64,000 nucleotides of DNA from an uncultured Planctomycetaceae bacterium. Its GTDB lineage: Bacteria; Planctomycetota; Planctomycetia; Planctomycetales; Planctomycetaceae. The stretch spans positions 2,215,511 through 2,279,510 of the forward strand of contig CAWDOB010000003.1 in the NCBI GenBank assembly GCA_963803815.1, given 5' to 3'. Shown piece by piece: positions 63,154-64,000 of this stretch. The translations under genes were made by a program, and so were the position numbers. A model generated the notes under the pieces. That model was not told where the DNA came from. It made no database searches and saw only the letters and a program-made list of their open reading frames with translations. Positions within the stretch are counted from its first letter, which is position 1, and every line of letters starts with the position of its first letter.

Positions 63154-64000
63154 TCAGCGGGGCGCCCCGGGCGGCGACGGGGTCGGCGGGAGTTCCGTGC
63201 GGGCGTGCAGCGTGCGCATCTCCGCCGGCGTGAGGGCGCGGTCCCACACCGCCAGCCCGCCCAGCCGGCCGTCGAAGCCGGTGGTGACGTCCGGCATTCC
63301 AATGGGATAGTCCGGCCATTTCTTCACCGCCCGTTGGGCGACGGTGAAGGCCGACCCGCCGTCGTGCATCCCGCCGTCGTATCGGAACGGATTGGCGTTC
63401 CCGTTGCGGTCCAATTCGCCGTTCACATAGACGCGAATCGACTTCCCGTCGAAGGTATAGCCGATCATCGTCCATTCCTCCTTCGGCAGTCGCGTGCCGC
63501 CGGTGGCGTAGTCGAAGGCGAACGGGTGGCCCGGCGTGGCCCCGCCGAACGGGGAGACGTAGCCCATCGCCTGGTTCACCGCCCGGGTGCGTGTATAGGT
63601 GGCCCAATCGGTCTGCCAGGAGCCGCTGATAAACATCCCGTACTGGCGGGCGTGATCGCGTTCGTTCCACATCCCGCCGATAAATTGCCAGGGGCGGTTG
63701 GATTCGCGTTTGATCCACGCGACCATCGAGACCTGCTGATCGTCGCCGTGCAGGTCCAGGCCGGGGGCGTCGGCGTGGGGGAGGATCATCCACTGACCGG
63801 GTTCGAAGTCTGCGGAGGACGGGCCGAACACCCCGTCCTCCGCCCGCGCGATCGGGCCGTTGCGCTCTTGCAGGGCGTATTGAAACCGGCCGGCGGAGAT
63901 TTTATTCGCCCCGGACGGCTCCTGAAACTCCCAGAAGGCGAGCAGCCCGGGCACCGCCCCCGGCGCCGCCCGCCGGGCCGCCAGATCCGCCCCCGCGGCG
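63154..64000 (-). CDS. LamG-like jellyroll domain protein (5' end outside window)
   Basis: AFWEF, VSMVAWIK, WTMIGYTFDG...YVNG, FDGRLGGLAVWDRALT. Confidence 0.8.
   Translation of the reverse strand, partial: AAGADLAARRAAPGAVPGLLAFWEFQEPSGANKISAGRFQYALQERNGPIARAEDGVFGPSSADFEPGQWMILPHADAPGLDLHGDDQQVSMVAWIKRESNRPWQFIGGMWNERDHARQYGMFISGSWQTDWATYTRTRAVNQAMGYVSPFGGATPGHPFAFDYATGGTRLPKEEWTMIGYTFDGKSIRVYVNGELDRNGNANPFRYDGGMHDGGSAFTVAQRAVKKWPDYPIGMPDVTTGFDGRLGGLAVWDRALTPAEMRTLHARTELPPTPSPPGAPR

Overview
High-GC (by eye about 70% or more) bacterial chromosomal window with a Planctomycetota gene complement: four DUF1559 prepilin-like genes, a planctomycete cytochrome c/DUF1549/DUF1553 gene next to DUF1501, and Uma2 and DUF4058 proteins. 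Housekeeping genes include guaB, rsmA, riboflavin synthase, rnc, lpxK, tRNA-Val(GAC), yidC, mnmE and yggS. The window also holds transporters (two BON-MscS, AI-2E, ActP with DUF485, SLC13) and two sensor kinases, one LOV-type and one with a NarX/PilJ P-box. The most notable structure is a REP-associated tyrosine transposase (RAYT-like HUH gene, 21.3-21.9 kb) inside a cluster of a ~23-nt repeat, (A)CCAACCCGA[A/C]GCGTCAGCGAGGG. I count 20 copies of this repeat, arranged as REPIN-like inverted doublets and as a 4x49-bp tandem array. Several other palindrome families are present, two of which share the same GTCA-loop hairpin design. The DUF1559 paralogs show mosaic nucleotide identity suggestive of gene conversion. 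Many genes, especially at 47-55 kb, carry single-base frameshifts that are most simply explained as sequencing or assembly errors. All protein family calls come from recalled motifs; no database searches were run.
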